A stretch of 52,217 nucleotides of DNA. Origin: a virus. Taxonomy: Duplodnaviria > Caudoviricetes. The notes under the pieces were generated by a model, which had not been told where the DNA came from, searched no databases, and saw only the letters and a program-made list of their open reading frames with translations. Where the stretch lies: the IMG/VR virus record IMGVR_UViG_3300028400_000009, positions 1 through 52,217 of that record; one strand, given 5' to 3'. The position numbers were made by a program, and so were the translations under genes. Positions 37,068-47,239 of the stretch are shown here, piece by piece. Within the stretch, counting starts at the first letter, position 1; each line of letters begins with the position of its first letter.

Positions 37068-37910
37068 TTAAGCAGCTTCTTTTTGTGGAGAGAAAGGAAG
37101 CGCGTTATATGCCGCGTACCCAAACTCTTTCTTGTATTGTGCTTTTTGCTGTTCAGTCATTTTTGACTTGAACATGCCTTCTTTCTTAATGCCGCCGCCA
37201 TTTGTCCCCAATCCGTCAGCATCTTTGAAGATTGTTAAATTCTTTGATTCGTGTAGATATTTAACCCAATCAGTAAACGAGAAATTACCGTTTTCATCTG
37301 ACAGTATTTTCCCATCCTCAAAACTTCTAAATGTTGTGTTCCCCTCTCTATCGACCTCAATCGCTGGTTTTTCAATAACAGAACCATCAACATCTTTAAA
37401 ATAAACATTGTCACGCGCCATCACTAAAGCGGCTCTCAATACTTCTGGGTTCGCTTTTAATGTCAAGAAAGCACTTTTAACACCACCATCACGCTTTTCT
37501 CTAACTAGAGTTGACTGTGATGATTCAGCTAACTTTAACGCCTCTTCGCTTGCTTCATTTAATGCTTTCAACTGTGATTCAAGTTCTTCTATTTTGCTTG
37601 AGAACTCACTCGATACATCTTGCCTGATAGCTTTTTCTATTTCGTCACGGTTTACACCGTCTAAATTATCTTTTTTCAGTTGTTCGATTTTAGCTTCAAG
37701 CTCTTCTGCTTTTTTAGCTTTTTCAGCTAGTGTTTCAACTTGAGCCTTGTACTCATTGGCTTTATCAATAGCTTGTTGCTTCTCAGTTTTCAATGCAGAA
37801 TTTACATTTCTTACTGATTCATTCGCCTTCTCAAATTCTGTATTAACTAATTTTGTTACTGCTTTTTGTTGATCTTCGCTTAGACCGATTCCACTAAAAT
37901 CTAATTCCAT
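37068..37910 (-). CDS. capsid scaffolding protein
   Basis: Coiled coil, C-terminal SKMTEQQKAQYKKEFGYAAYNALP. Confidence 0.85.
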   Translation of the reverse strand: MELDFSGIGLSEDQQKAVTKLVNTEFEKANESVRNVNSALKTEKQQAIDKANEYKAQVETLAEKAKKAEELEAKIEQLKKDNLDGVNRDEIEKAIRQDVSSEFSSKIEELESQLKALNEASEEALKLAESSQSTLVREKRDGGVKSAFLTLKANPEVLRAALVMARDNVYFKDVDGSVIEKPAIEVDREGNTTFRSFEDGKILSDENGNFSFTDWVKYLHESKNLTIFKDADGLGTNGGGIKKEGMFKSKMTEQQKAQYKKEFGYAAYNALPFSPQKEAA

Positions 37911-38047
37911 TTGGTTATCCTATGCTTTGGATTGATTAAAAAGTATGCTTACTTATTTTTAATAATATCAAATGGTAATGTATGTTAAAAGCGCAGTATT
38001 GCTGTATACTATTAGGGTAATATTATGATAATGGTATATTTTTATAT

Positions 38048-38215
38048 ATGTGCAAAAATAGCATCATACAAACAACTTTCTACCTGCCTAAATGGCTAAA
38101 AGAAAAGAGGAAGATATTTGCTGAAAGACTGGGATTATCTGAGAACGCTTTTACTCGGATGGCGGTTAGCGAAAAAATAGAAAGAATGAAGGAAAACAAT
38201 GAAGAGCATTTTTAG
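38048..38215 (+). CDS. ribbon-helix-helix protein (55 aa, not in ORF track)
   Basis: QTTFYLPKWLKEKRKIFAERLGLSENAFTRMAVSEKI. Confidence 0.65.
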   Translation: MCKNSIIQTTFYLPKWLKEKRKIFAERLGLSENAFTRMAVSEKIERMKENNEEHF

Positions 38216-38220
38216 AACTG

Positions 38221-38898
38221 CTATTTTAAAAGCTTCTTTACACTAATCAACCGAGCATCAATCAACTGCTTAGTGGTGTTTAATTCAAGCTCTCCTGATT
38301 CATAAGCTTTTATTACTGATTTGCGCTTTAATATATCGCGCTTTTCTTTTTTGCTCATGCTATTAAATTGGGTGATTAAATCCCTTGTATCTGGTTTTGC
38401 TTCGCCTGTTTTTATTGGTATTATCCTTGACCTGCACCTGTGTTGATGATGATGAACGCCTTTATGAAAAGCCCCACTTGTTCTCGGAGGTTTCTCCACG
38501 CTTGGAATCTCGCTCCATTTTTTATGCCATTCTTCGCCAACGTAAACAGGACATACTTTTGAAGAGCGACCATCTAACACAACATAACTATAAAAATAAT
38601 CGACCTTTCTAGCAAACCTATTCTCCATCTCTTGCCTTGCGCCTAACATAATATTTCTAAACGTGGTCAATATTGGTGCTTTTCTCTTTTGAATAATATC
38701 TGAAAGTGTATGTTCAAAATCACCAGGGGATAGCTTGTTTTTCTTCGCAGTCTTAAATGCTTCAATCATTCTATTAAAAGTAGTTTGCTCAGATGATAAA
38801 ACACCACTAAACAATATTTCTTTTATTGTTTTGCCGCCAACTTTTAGTTTATCTAAAAACTGCTTTGCTTTATCGAATGAGAAAAAATCTTTTATCAT
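38221..38898 (-). CDS. minor head protein (SPP1 gp7/Mu F-like)
   Basis: VLDGRSSKVC and H.HRCRSRIIP motifs. Confidence 0.8.
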   Translation of the reverse strand: MIKDFFSFDKAKQFLDKLKVGGKTIKEILFSGVLSSEQTTFNRMIEAFKTAKKNKLSPGDFEHTLSDIIQKRKAPILTTFRNIMLGARQEMENRFARKVDYFYSYVVLDGRSSKVCPVYVGEEWHKKWSEIPSVEKPPRTSGAFHKGVHHHQHRCRSRIIPIKTGEAKPDTRDLITQFNSMSKKEKRDILKRKSVIKAYESGELELNTTKQLIDARLISVKKLLK

Positions 38899-39128
38899 TT
38901 TATTAATTTGAACTGAACAATTAAATCTTTAACTAATCGCTTGATTAATCCTTCGCGCCTATTAATTAGAAGCTCTTTTCCTTTAGCTATTGCAAGCTCA
39001 GCACTCCCACCTTTCTGATAAATATCGCTTAACAGCTTTGCTAGTTTTTTATTTGTCTTTTTCTGGTATGGATATGACTTTAGCTTGACTGTTGTTGAAT
39101 CAAACTCCTGCTTTGCTCTTTCATCCAT
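38895..39128 (-). CDS. hypothetical protein, possibly separated N-terminus of the minor head protein
   Basis: Coupled to both portal and gp7-like genes. Confidence 0.5.
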   Translation of the reverse strand: MDERAKQEFDSTTVKLKSYPYQKKTNKKLAKLLSDIYQKGGSAELAIAKGKELLINRREGLIKRLVKDLIVQFKLIK

Positions 39129-40510
39129 TATTGCTCCAATGCCAAAGCATCACTAATCGCTTTTTGCTTTTTCACACTATCAGAATTAACCAAATCAGCA
39201 TAAGTCTCATAATCATTATTTCCGTCCTTATCAACTTCAATATCAAGAGGTGCGTACTTGTCAACCGTCCTAATGTAATCAACATGGCGAATTAGTCCAG
39301 CCGCTACAGACTCCCTTAGTTCCTTTAAGAAATTATTATCTACAGGTCGCTCGATTAGTTTGACATTTATTTTGTATTCAACCTCTTCTTCGTTCTCGCC
39401 TATCATTTTAGCGCACGTTCTTAATGCGCTAGTAATAGCATGAGATACAATGTCAGTGACTTTATTTAGCTTTATTTGTTTTGATGATGTTTGTAGGTAA
39501 AGGTTTTCAGCAGACGCACGATTTGCGCCCTCTATGATAATCTCCATGCCTTGTTCTTTTGCTGACTGGAAATAATCAACCATTGCTTCCTTCACTACAT
39601 TCGCACCATCTGAACGCAGTTGTACTAATTCCGCATTTGAACCTTTATCAAGCACGACACCAGATAGATGACCGCCTTTTATAGCACTCACATCTGAATC
39701 TGTGTAGACAAACAACTTGCCACTTCCAAGAGTATCAACCATTGAAAAATAAATAGCTGATTGCCTAAAACCCTTTAATACTGTTTTTGCTGCCGCACCC
39801 AATGTGGCTTCTTCTTCAATATATGAAACTGGCAAGTAATCTAATTTTTCTTTGTTGTATAAAGTAGGGTGTAATTCATCCCCGTATGCTTCCCATTGTC
39901 CTGATTTTTCATTCTGCTTGTATCGTTGCCCGATAACATCGCCATCTGATATTTTTAGCTCAAGGCGAATATTTGTTTCTTTCTCGTCAATTAACGCTGT
40001 TTCACTTAATGCAAAATAATGATACTTACCTGCTGCCTCTTCATAATTTATTGTCTCTTGAGAATTGTATAGCGACAAAAAAGGCTTGCTGTCTTCTATA
40101 TCTGATACTATCGCGCTACGTCCTGATAACAATATATTATCTAGCAATTCTCTTGCGAAAATATCTAAGCTAGTGCCTTTCCTGTCTATATTCTCTTTCA
40201 GCCCCATCATTGAATCAGGGAGGCTGATTGTTGCATCTGATTTAAAAGCTATCCCCAACGCCTGATTTCTGCTGTCTTTGATTATATGTTCTGGCAAGTA
40301 AGACTGATATACTAATCGCTCAAATAACTCTTCATCCCATGTTCCATCATCTTTTTTGTATGTGTAAGGGATTAATAGGTAATCGTGAATTGAAGTATAG
40401 GACTTTAAACAAGCATTTTTAGTGTCATCCTCAGACATTAAATCGCGGATAAGCTTCTCGCGCTTCATCCACTTCTGATAATCTTTATGCTCTTTTTCGA
40501 TTTTTAACAT
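39128..40510 (-). CDS. portal protein (DUF4055-like)
   Basis: After TerL; NIDRKGTSL..F...GRSAIVSD motif. Confidence 0.85.
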   Translation of the reverse strand: MLKIEKEHKDYQKWMKREKLIRDLMSEDDTKNACLKSYTSIHDYLLIPYTYKKDDGTWDEELFERLVYQSYLPEHIIKDSRNQALGIAFKSDATISLPDSMMGLKENIDRKGTSLDIFARELLDNILLSGRSAIVSDIEDSKPFLSLYNSQETINYEEAAGKYHYFALSETALIDEKETNIRLELKISDGDVIGQRYKQNEKSGQWEAYGDELHPTLYNKEKLDYLPVSYIEEEATLGAAAKTVLKGFRQSAIYFSMVDTLGSGKLFVYTDSDVSAIKGGHLSGVVLDKGSNAELVQLRSDGANVVKEAMVDYFQSAKEQGMEIIIEGANRASAENLYLQTSSKQIKLNKVTDIVSHAITSALRTCAKMIGENEEEVEYKINVKLIERPVDNNFLKELRESVAAGLIRHVDYIRTVDKYAPLDIEVDKDGNNDYETYADLVNSDSVKKQKAISDALALEQ

Positions 40511-41971
40511 TTAAAATCCTAATGCTTTTTGGTTTATATTTTGTGCTGGTTTCACTAAATCAGGCAACTCAAAATTAATAAAATCATTCATAGGGTCTAC
40601 TTGGTCATCGTGTTTATGTGAGTCATCTGGTTTAAACTTTGTCGCCTCAGTAATAATTCCATCACCAACCACACCAGTAGGAATATGAACCTCGCCTCTC
40701 ATTACATGAGGTGCAGCTTTTACAGCTCGCGCATACTTACCTTCTTTGCGCTGAATAGGATTAACCTTGAAGCTTTTCCCATCGCTATCAGATTCCAGCG
40801 CAAGCGATTGTATAAGCCCTACACCTGAATCTTTATCCTCAATATTAATAGGTATTATACACTTTCCAGTTAGTTTTTCACATTCCGCATAAAAATCAGT
40901 GAACTCACCCAATAAAAAAGGTATTTGAACCTTCTTACGCCACTGCTTTAAAAGATAGCCGTGATTATTAGTTGTTTTTGCCCATAACTGAAAAACAGAG
41001 TAGTCATTATACTTATTTGTTTTTGAAGCAGTATCACAATAAATAGATACGCTTTTTATATTTTCAGGGTATCCAGTATATCTTTTGAACCATTCACGTT
41101 CATAAACATCACCCTTAGCAGGTGTCGGCTCTTGTGAATACTGGATGCTATTCATTAATCCAAGTGCTTCACTATCGCTAAACTTGTAACCCCATAGCGA
41201 ACCTTCTGGTAAGTTATGATCTAAATATATGCCACCTTGCGTATACTCATAAGAATGATCAATATATGCAGGCAATACAAGATGATGCCATTCCTCGCCT
41301 GAGTTCTCTAAAAGCTCCCAAGTAAAATCCTCTTCATGGATTCGCTGCATTATAACGATTACAGGTACTTTAGAATGCGCTAATCTTGACTTAAAAGTAC
41401 CATGCCACCGCTGATTAATGAACTCGCGCCTAGTATCAGAATAAGCATCATCAGGCTTTAATGGGTCATCTATTACCAATGCTCCTGAAAACTTATAATC
41501 GCTATTAGTAAGCCCTGCACGGAATCCTGTTATAGCTCCCCCGCTAGGGCTCGCTAAAAATGAACCACCTGCGCCTGTTTGCCATAACCCCTTAGCCTTC
41601 GTGCCTTGTCGAAAATCAACATAAGGGTAAAGCATCTGATAATCTGGATGTGTTATTATTTGCTTTATCTTTGAACTATTGTCTTGTACTAGCTTATCTG
41701 AATAACTAGCATGGATGAAGCGTGACAACGGATTTATTGCAAATCCCCTCGCTACATAAGCCCATACAGCCCTTAGTGTTTTGCCATAACCTGGAGGGAT
41801 ATTAATTACAAGGCGATTTATCTCTCCTGTAAAAGTTCTATCAAGTGCTGAATTTATTATATTATCGAATGGAGTCTCTAAATATTCTGAACCATCTAAA
41901 ACTTGGGCGGAAAATCTGACAAAATACTTGTGCTGGCTGGCTAATTCTATTGATTCTCTGCTTAATGTCAC
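40511..41971 (-). CDS. terL: terminase large subunit
   Basis: RLVINIPPGYGKT Walker A, VIDDPLKP, IMQRIH, DTA..DYS and HDDQVD nuclease motifs. Confidence 0.97.
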   Translation of the reverse strand: MTLSRESIELASQHKYFVRFSAQVLDGSEYLETPFDNIINSALDRTFTGEINRLVINIPPGYGKTLRAVWAYVARGFAINPLSRFIHASYSDKLVQDNSSKIKQIITHPDYQMLYPYVDFRQGTKAKGLWQTGAGGSFLASPSGGAITGFRAGLTNSDYKFSGALVIDDPLKPDDAYSDTRREFINQRWHGTFKSRLAHSKVPVIVIMQRIHEEDFTWELLENSGEEWHHLVLPAYIDHSYEYTQGGIYLDHNLPEGSLWGYKFSDSEALGLMNSIQYSQEPTPAKGDVYEREWFKRYTGYPENIKSVSIYCDTASKTNKYNDYSVFQLWAKTTNNHGYLLKQWRKKVQIPFLLGEFTDFYAECEKLTGKCIIPINIEDKDSGVGLIQSLALESDSDGKSFKVNPIQRKEGKYARAVKAAPHVMRGEVHIPTGVVGDGIITEATKFKPDDSHKHDDQVDPMNDFINFELPDLVKPAQNINQKALGF

Positions 41972-42030
41972 TTTTTTAAATGCCTATTAACTCAATAACT
42001 TAGTTACAAGTCCCCACGGGCGGGATAAAA

Positions 42031-42474
42031 CTATTTTTTTGATAAAATATCACCTACAATTTCATACTTGCCTTTATGCGTCATATCAACCTCTTTTTTC
42101 TTCGGTTTATCATACCCAATCATTGATGCTCGTCTTGATATAATATTTAGTGCTGATTGAACTGCCTGTAAGTCACCGGCTTGCGCGGCTTCTAGGACTG
42201 GCTGTAGCATAGTGTCCAACCTGCCCAAGTCCAATTTTAGTGCGAGCTTTGCGTTTTCCTTCGGGATATTCTTCATAGCCCGTTTAATCCAATGGGCTAT
42301 TTTCTGCTTATACATTTTTTCATCTGGATAGTCCTCACTCATAGCTTCGGCTATTTGATCGTAAGTATACCCAGCAATACGGTATTCTAAGGCTTCATTG
42401 CACTTTTTCTCCAGTGCTATATCCTTTGGTGTTGTTCTTATTTTTCTTCTATTATTTAGTTTCTTTTTTTTCAT
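42031..42474 (-). CDS. terS: terminase small subunit
   Basis: HTH ALEYRIAGYTYDQIA; upstream of TerL. Confidence 0.75.
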   Translation of the reverse strand: MKKKKLNNRRKIRTTPKDIALEKKCNEALEYRIAGYTYDQIAEAMSEDYPDEKMYKQKIAHWIKRAMKNIPKENAKLALKLDLGRLDTMLQPVLEAAQAGDLQAVQSALNIISRRASMIGYDKPKKKEVDMTHKGKYEIVGDILSKK

Positions 42475-42529
42475 AACACAAAAACAGGGCATTAAGCCCT
42501 GTGTTATTTTACCTTTGGTTGTTTTCTAG

Positions 42530-42616
42530 TTAGCTTCCAGATGTGCTGCCACCTCTAGCTCTCCGACCTATAGCTCTACGACCTGTGCCAAATACGGTTC
42601 TTGCTCTACCAAACAT
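42530..42616 (-). CDS. 28-aa Arg/Gly-rich peptide ending GGSTSGS (not in ORF track)
   Basis: AAGGAG RBS, MFGRARTVFGTGRRAIGRRARGGSTSGS, followed by a terminator hairpin. Confidence 0.65.
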   Translation of the reverse strand: MFGRARTVFGTGRRAIGRRARGGSTSGS

Positions 42617-42629
42617 TTTAAATGCTCCT

Positions 42630-43070
42630 TTATGTTAATTCCAACAATTTTTTATCAATCCTTGATGATGTATTATATTTAATATCCACCTCTGGAATAT
42701 CAATGCCTAGCTTTTTAGCTACATACCAACCATCAAGGTATTTATCACCATGCTCAAACCATTCTACAGCTTTCAAAAATGCTTCTTTCTGCTCTCTTGA
42801 CTGAAAACAGACAGCAAACCAAAACTCTGAATCAGTTGCTAATCTGAATCGTTCTCGTTCTGCTTTGTCACGTTCTTTGAAGGCTTTTAGCACTGCTGAA
42901 TCACCAGCGGCACTATCGGTCTCTGCATTACCTGTTAGTTTAACACTATCCAACGGATTTTTCACTTTTTTCACTTTTTTAGCCTTTCTTTTTATTTTTC
43001 TGTTTCTATTGTTTAATTTAGCTTGAATTAAATCAGGTTTTTTTATCTTTCTCTTTACTGGTTTTTTCAT
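42630..43070 (-). CDS. hypothetical protein partnered with the PAPS-reductase-like gene
   Basis: ATGA coupling; TDSEFWFAVCFQSREQKEAFL...DKYLDG. Confidence 0.75.
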   Translation of the reverse strand: MKKPVKRKIKKPDLIQAKLNNRNRKIKRKAKKVKKVKNPLDSVKLTGNAETDSAAGDSAVLKAFKERDKAERERFRLATDSEFWFAVCFQSREQKEAFLKAVEWFEHGDKYLDGWYVAKKLGIDIPEVDIKYNTSSRIDKKLLELT

Positions 43071-43792
43071 GCTGTAAGTCCTCGTTTTTTAGCGGCTTCA
43101 TACCTGAATATTTCCATATCTGCGAGCGGAAACCATTCTAGTATTTTTTCGTAATCTTTTGGGAAGTTGATCTTAATGTTGTATAAAAATCGTAAATCTA
43201 TCCCGTCGAATGTCCTTGAGAAATATTTATAATCAACTGGTAATCGTATTTTTGCCTTTTTGATTTCAGTGATTAACCTTTCTTTGTTCCAGTCCCAAAC
43301 AGGGTGGTATTTATGAGCATTTGCAGTAATAGGACCGTATTTTTTAATTACTGTCCGTCTCATTGGTGAATCAGCAGCACGGACACCTGTTGCATACATG
43401 ATGTTATCAGGTAGGTCATAATCATCTATTAGAGCCTGTCTAATGTCCATATAGTTTATTTTAGGTAGCTTCATTGCCTCGATTATTTCACAGCGTTGAG
43501 GAGGCTGATAGACCATTTCATTGAGCATTTTATAAAAATTAGGTGCTGGTAATCTAATTATATGAGTGCCTAGAATTTTCTCATGATATTCTAGCTCTTT
43601 TTCCACAAATTCTAAGCCCGGCACTAAGTACAAATAGAATGGGGTAATTTCCTCAAAATGGTCTCGAATGCCCAGCCATGCACAAATTGAGTCCTTACCG
43701 AGCGAGTAAGAAATTAGAGTCTGTTTTGAGCCCTGTATCTCTTTTACTTTATTTATTAGCTCCAACCCCTTTGGCTGATCAATTCCTTTCAT
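43067..43792 (-). CDS. PAPS-reductase-like (PP-loop/HUP fold) protein
   Basis: ISYSLGKDS PP-loop, TGVRAADSPMRR, PVWDW. Confidence 0.85.
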   Translation of the reverse strand: MKGIDQPKGLELINKVKEIQGSKQTLISYSLGKDSICAWLGIRDHFEEITPFYLYLVPGLEFVEKELEYHEKILGTHIIRLPAPNFYKMLNEMVYQPPQRCEIIEAMKLPKINYMDIRQALIDDYDLPDNIMYATGVRAADSPMRRTVIKKYGPITANAHKYHPVWDWNKERLITEIKKAKIRLPVDYKYFSRTFDGIDLRFLYNIKINFPKDYEKILEWFPLADMEIFRYEAAKKRGLTA

Positions 43793-43962
43793 GTTGAAAA
43801 CCTCTTTATCAGCCAATCATTAAGCATTGATTCAATTTCCTTTTTATCTTCTTTTGTTAGTTTGTGCTTTTTAGAGTAGTAAACCCCTCTAAGCTCTTTT
43901 AATCCACCAGCAAGCTTTCTATCCCTGTATGCTTGCTGTATCTCTGCGTTAGTTAGTGCCAT
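43789..43962 (-). CDS. small basic putative DNA-binding protein (57 aa, not in ORF track)
   Basis: MALTNAEIQQAYRDRK; ATGA overlap with the next gene. Confidence 0.6.
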   Translation of the reverse strand: MALTNAEIQQAYRDRKLAGGLKELRGVYYSKKHKLTKEDKKEIESMLNDWLIKRFST

Positions 43963-43964
43963 TT

Positions 43965-44243
43965 TTACATGCTCCTTGATTTATTTATTTTAATTAAATT
44001 ATCAATAAAAGCGGTTTTCCCTTCCCTTTTATCTTTGCTTGTGAGTTTATACATGCTTATATACAGCTCATATCTCGACATGGCATTTCCACTCGTCATG
44101 CTACGGTAATCTGAAATCCAGCCTTTTGATTTCATTAGTTTAATATAATCGTCAAGTTTTTTATTTACTCTGATTTCTGCTGTTTCTTTAAAATTACACC
44201 AGCCATCATTTGCCACAGTTAATCTTTTCCTTATATGTTGCAT
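43965..44243 (-). CDS. hypothetical protein
   Basis: GGAG RBS. Confidence 0.6.
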   Translation of the reverse strand: MQHIRKRLTVANDGWCNFKETAEIRVNKKLDDYIKLMKSKGWISDYRSMTSGNAMSRYELYISMYKLTSKDKREGKTAFIDNLIKINKSRSM

Positions 44244-44252
44244 TACTATCTC

Positions 44253-44492
44253 CTATGCTTTTGTAAGTGTTATTGTGTTTTCATTGCCCATATTCCAGTC
44301 TGAAATATTTTCAGAATCAGAACCATCTGGCTGCCAATGTATAGAAGATACACCATTGTTTTCTAGCCATCCGTAAAGTTCTCCTGCTATTTCTTCACTC
44401 ATAACTAAAAGTATTTCATCTGTCTTTAACTCGTATGATGTAGCTCTTACATTTTTTGCTTCTTTTTCGTTTTTTGATATTAAAGTAGTCAT
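44253..44492 (-). CDS. hypothetical protein
   Basis: RBS and own promoter. Confidence 0.6.
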   Translation of the reverse strand: MTTLISKNEKEAKNVRATSYELKTDEILLVMSEEIAGELYGWLENNGVSSIHWQPDGSDSENISDWNMGNENTITLTKA

Positions 44493-44579
44493 TTCCCTTA
44501 CCTCTGTTTGGTTTATCTCTTAACTTGCAAACAAGTATACATTGGTTATGCGTAATTGCAAAGAGTTATTTTACTTTAT

Positions 44580-44816
44580 TTAGTATCCAGTAGATGCAAG
44601 CATCCCTTTGGCTAAATGTTTTAAGTAATGAAACACGTCACCATTTAGAAAATCAATCTTTACTAATGTTTTTCTTATTGTCTCGTGGTATTCAGGAATA
44701 CTAGATATAAAATCAACAAGCATTTCATAAGTTAAACCATAATGCCCTTCTATTTCTATCTCGGCATCAAGCGACTTCCCTTTCTCTTCGATTAGTTTTG
44801 TTAAATAAGCTTTCAT
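44580..44816 (-). CDS. hypothetical protein
   Basis: AAGGA RBS, TTGACA/TATAAT promoter upstream. Confidence 0.65.
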   Translation of the reverse strand: MKAYLTKLIEEKGKSLDAEIEIEGHYGLTYEMLVDFISSIPEYHETIRKTLVKIDFLNGDVFHYLKHLAKGMLASTGY

Positions 44817-45668
44817 TTTAGTTTCCTTGTTTGTCTGTGTATGGGGTGTATTATATATCATTATGCGTAACTGTCAAGGATTATTTTAATTTAATTTTTA
44901 CCTATCCATTAACGAGTTCTTCAATCACCCCACTCTATGTCCTCAGCAACTTTATAGGCATTTGTAGCAATGATTACTTTTTGCAGATTACTGAATGAAC
45001 TCCATGCTTTTTGTAGCTCACTAGAAATAAAGTCTCTCCAATCATACAACTCTTTTTTATTATCCCAATCTGGATTTTCCCAATCTGACGGAGTGCGAGA
45101 AAATAGAATATTAAGCTTTTCTATTTCGTCTTCTAAGTAATCGGTATCAAACTCACTAAACAGAACCCTCCGTTCTGAATTAGATGCTTTATCCAGGAAT
45201 GAATAGCTTTTCCTTATAAGTCTGCTCTACTAATTTCTTAATACCATCAGGCGTTAGATTCGCGCCCTTAGTGAGCCAGTGCGGATTTTTATCCGTGCAC
45301 TTATACCATAGTTCAATTTTTGTCATATCTCTATCCTTATTTAACTACCTGAATTATAGCACATTATTGCGATTGACGTGATGCGATTAACATAAGAATT
45401 AATACAAATCTAAAACTTTCTTTGAATACAATCTATCAAACTCTCTATGATTCATTTTTGATAGCACCCAACCACCAAACCTTTTCACATAGATCGCCTT
45501 ATTAGTGAATTTATACGTTTTACCTTTGTGTTGTAGCTTTTTCATCGCTTCTCTGTCCGATTAGCTTAATCATTTCTGATAGTGCAGCTTTTCGTTCTTT
45601 GTTACTAACATTAATATTGCATACTTTATCGCATAATACGTTTATGCGCCTTTCTCTTATTCGCTCGT

Positions 45669-45869
45669 TCATGTTCCCCATTCCTCTATTATTTTATTTG
45701 CCATCTCAAAGCTCCATTGGTATTCGCTACAAACATCAGGAATAATTGTGCAATTATTTGAGCAATATATACATCTAACATCTGTTGGGAAATGCTCGCG
45801 GTAACCACCAATCATTGGTACACCTTTCGTCATGTATTCTTGAAGTAATGCCATATATTCTGGTTTCAT
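45669..45869 (-). CDS. hypothetical protein
   Basis: ATGA coupling with dnaB. Confidence 0.55.
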   Translation of the reverse strand: MKPEYMALLQEYMTKGVPMIGGYREHFPTDVRCIYCSNNCTIIPDVCSEYQWSFEMANKIIEEWGT

Positions 45870-47239
45870 TGAAAACTCACTCTTTTGGGTTTTTTAGGCT
45901 CGTTAAACTCCATCAGTGAGTTTATATACTGATTTTTCGCGCCTTCCTCAATATCAACAAAATCCATTCTGTTTTTTCTGAAACAAACTATTTGCTTTGA
46001 TGTTTCACCATTCCTGAATTTATCAATTATTATTTCTGCAACGCCATGAGCGGCTTGAACATCTGGAAAATAAACCTCATGTCTGTATAAAAGGATTATC
46101 AAATCTGCATCATTCTCGAATTGACTAGCCCAACTTAGATTTGCCTTGGTTGGTCTTTTATCTTTTTGCTTGTCAACTTCTCGCTGTATTTGGCTTAGTC
46201 CTATAATTGGAATATTAAGCTCTTTTGCTAATGACTTGCACTCTGAAGATATGGTCATTGCCTCCTGGATTTTTTCCATAGTTCGCCCGCCTCTATTAAC
46301 CCGTAGGTTTTGAAGGTAATCAATCCAGACACCTCCGCTCATATCATTATTTTGCGCCCACGTTCTTATTTGATTCTTGATTACATCCCAATCATTAGTC
46401 CAGTCATTTATCAAGACTCGTTTTCTTTCTTCATTGCTTACTTGCTGCAACCCTTGAGCTATTCTTGCCCACTCGCTTTCTTCTGCTTTTCCGTTTCTAA
46501 TTTTTTTAAGATCAATTCCTGAATGGCTTGCTATGTGCCTCATGCCTAATTGCATATCTGGCATTTCAGTGGAAATAATACCCGTGAACCTTCCATCTTT
46601 TACTGTGTTCTGCATACATGATAAACAGAAAGCAGTTTTACCCATCGCTGATCTAGCACCAACAACAATAAAGTCAGTTTTCTGAAAGCCGCCCGTTTCA
46701 TTGTCTAAAACTGAAAGCCCTGTTTTTGCACCAGTTGGAGAATGAACATCCATGTATACGCCTAGCTGGTCTACGGCTTTCTTAACTCCTTCATTGAGGT
46801 TTGTACTCTTTCTTGATGCTGTGCTACTCGTTGCCTCCAATAAAGCCTGTATAGCCTCACTAGCACTATTTGGATTCCTTAATAAATCCTCTGCAATTTC
46901 CAAAACCTTAACTTGTACGCCATGTTTTTTAATATTTGTAACGGCGTTTTCAATAGTTCGTTTATCTGTTTTGAAAAGCCTGTAATCATTAGCAAATAGA
47001 TTGAGCCTTGTTTTCCAATCTATAGCCGAGCAAGGTATATTTTTCTGGTTCAACATATCTGCAATAGTAAGAATGTTTGCTGGTTGTCCAGATGTTTCTA
47101 ATTGCTCCGCTGAAAGCCATATTTGTTGGTTTTCTTCATTCTTAAAATCAACCGCGCTTAATCCTATCTGTGAAGCACTAGCCCTTGAGCTAAGAACTAA
47201 TGCAATCAGGTAATTTTCATAATCAGATGTGTTTTGCAT
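45866..47239 (-). CDS. dnaB: replicative DNA helicase
   Basis: GARSAMGKT Walker A, STEM, IDYLQ, LSQIQR, ENDAD, KFRNG. Confidence 0.96.
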   Translation of the reverse strand: MQNTSDYENYLIALVLSSRASASQIGLSAVDFKNEENQQIWLSAEQLETSGQPANILTIADMLNQKNIPCSAIDWKTRLNLFANDYRLFKTDKRTIENAVTNIKKHGVQVKVLEIAEDLLRNPNSASEAIQALLEATSSTASRKSTNLNEGVKKAVDQLGVYMDVHSPTGAKTGLSVLDNETGGFQKTDFIVVGARSAMGKTAFCLSCMQNTVKDGRFTGIISTEMPDMQLGMRHIASHSGIDLKKIRNGKAEESEWARIAQGLQQVSNEERKRVLINDWTNDWDVIKNQIRTWAQNNDMSGGVWIDYLQNLRVNRGGRTMEKIQEAMTISSECKSLAKELNIPIIGLSQIQREVDKQKDKRPTKANLSWASQFENDADLIILLYRHEVYFPDVQAAHGVAEIIIDKFRNGETSKQIVCFRKNRMDFVDIEEGAKNQYINSLMEFNEPKKPKRVSFQ

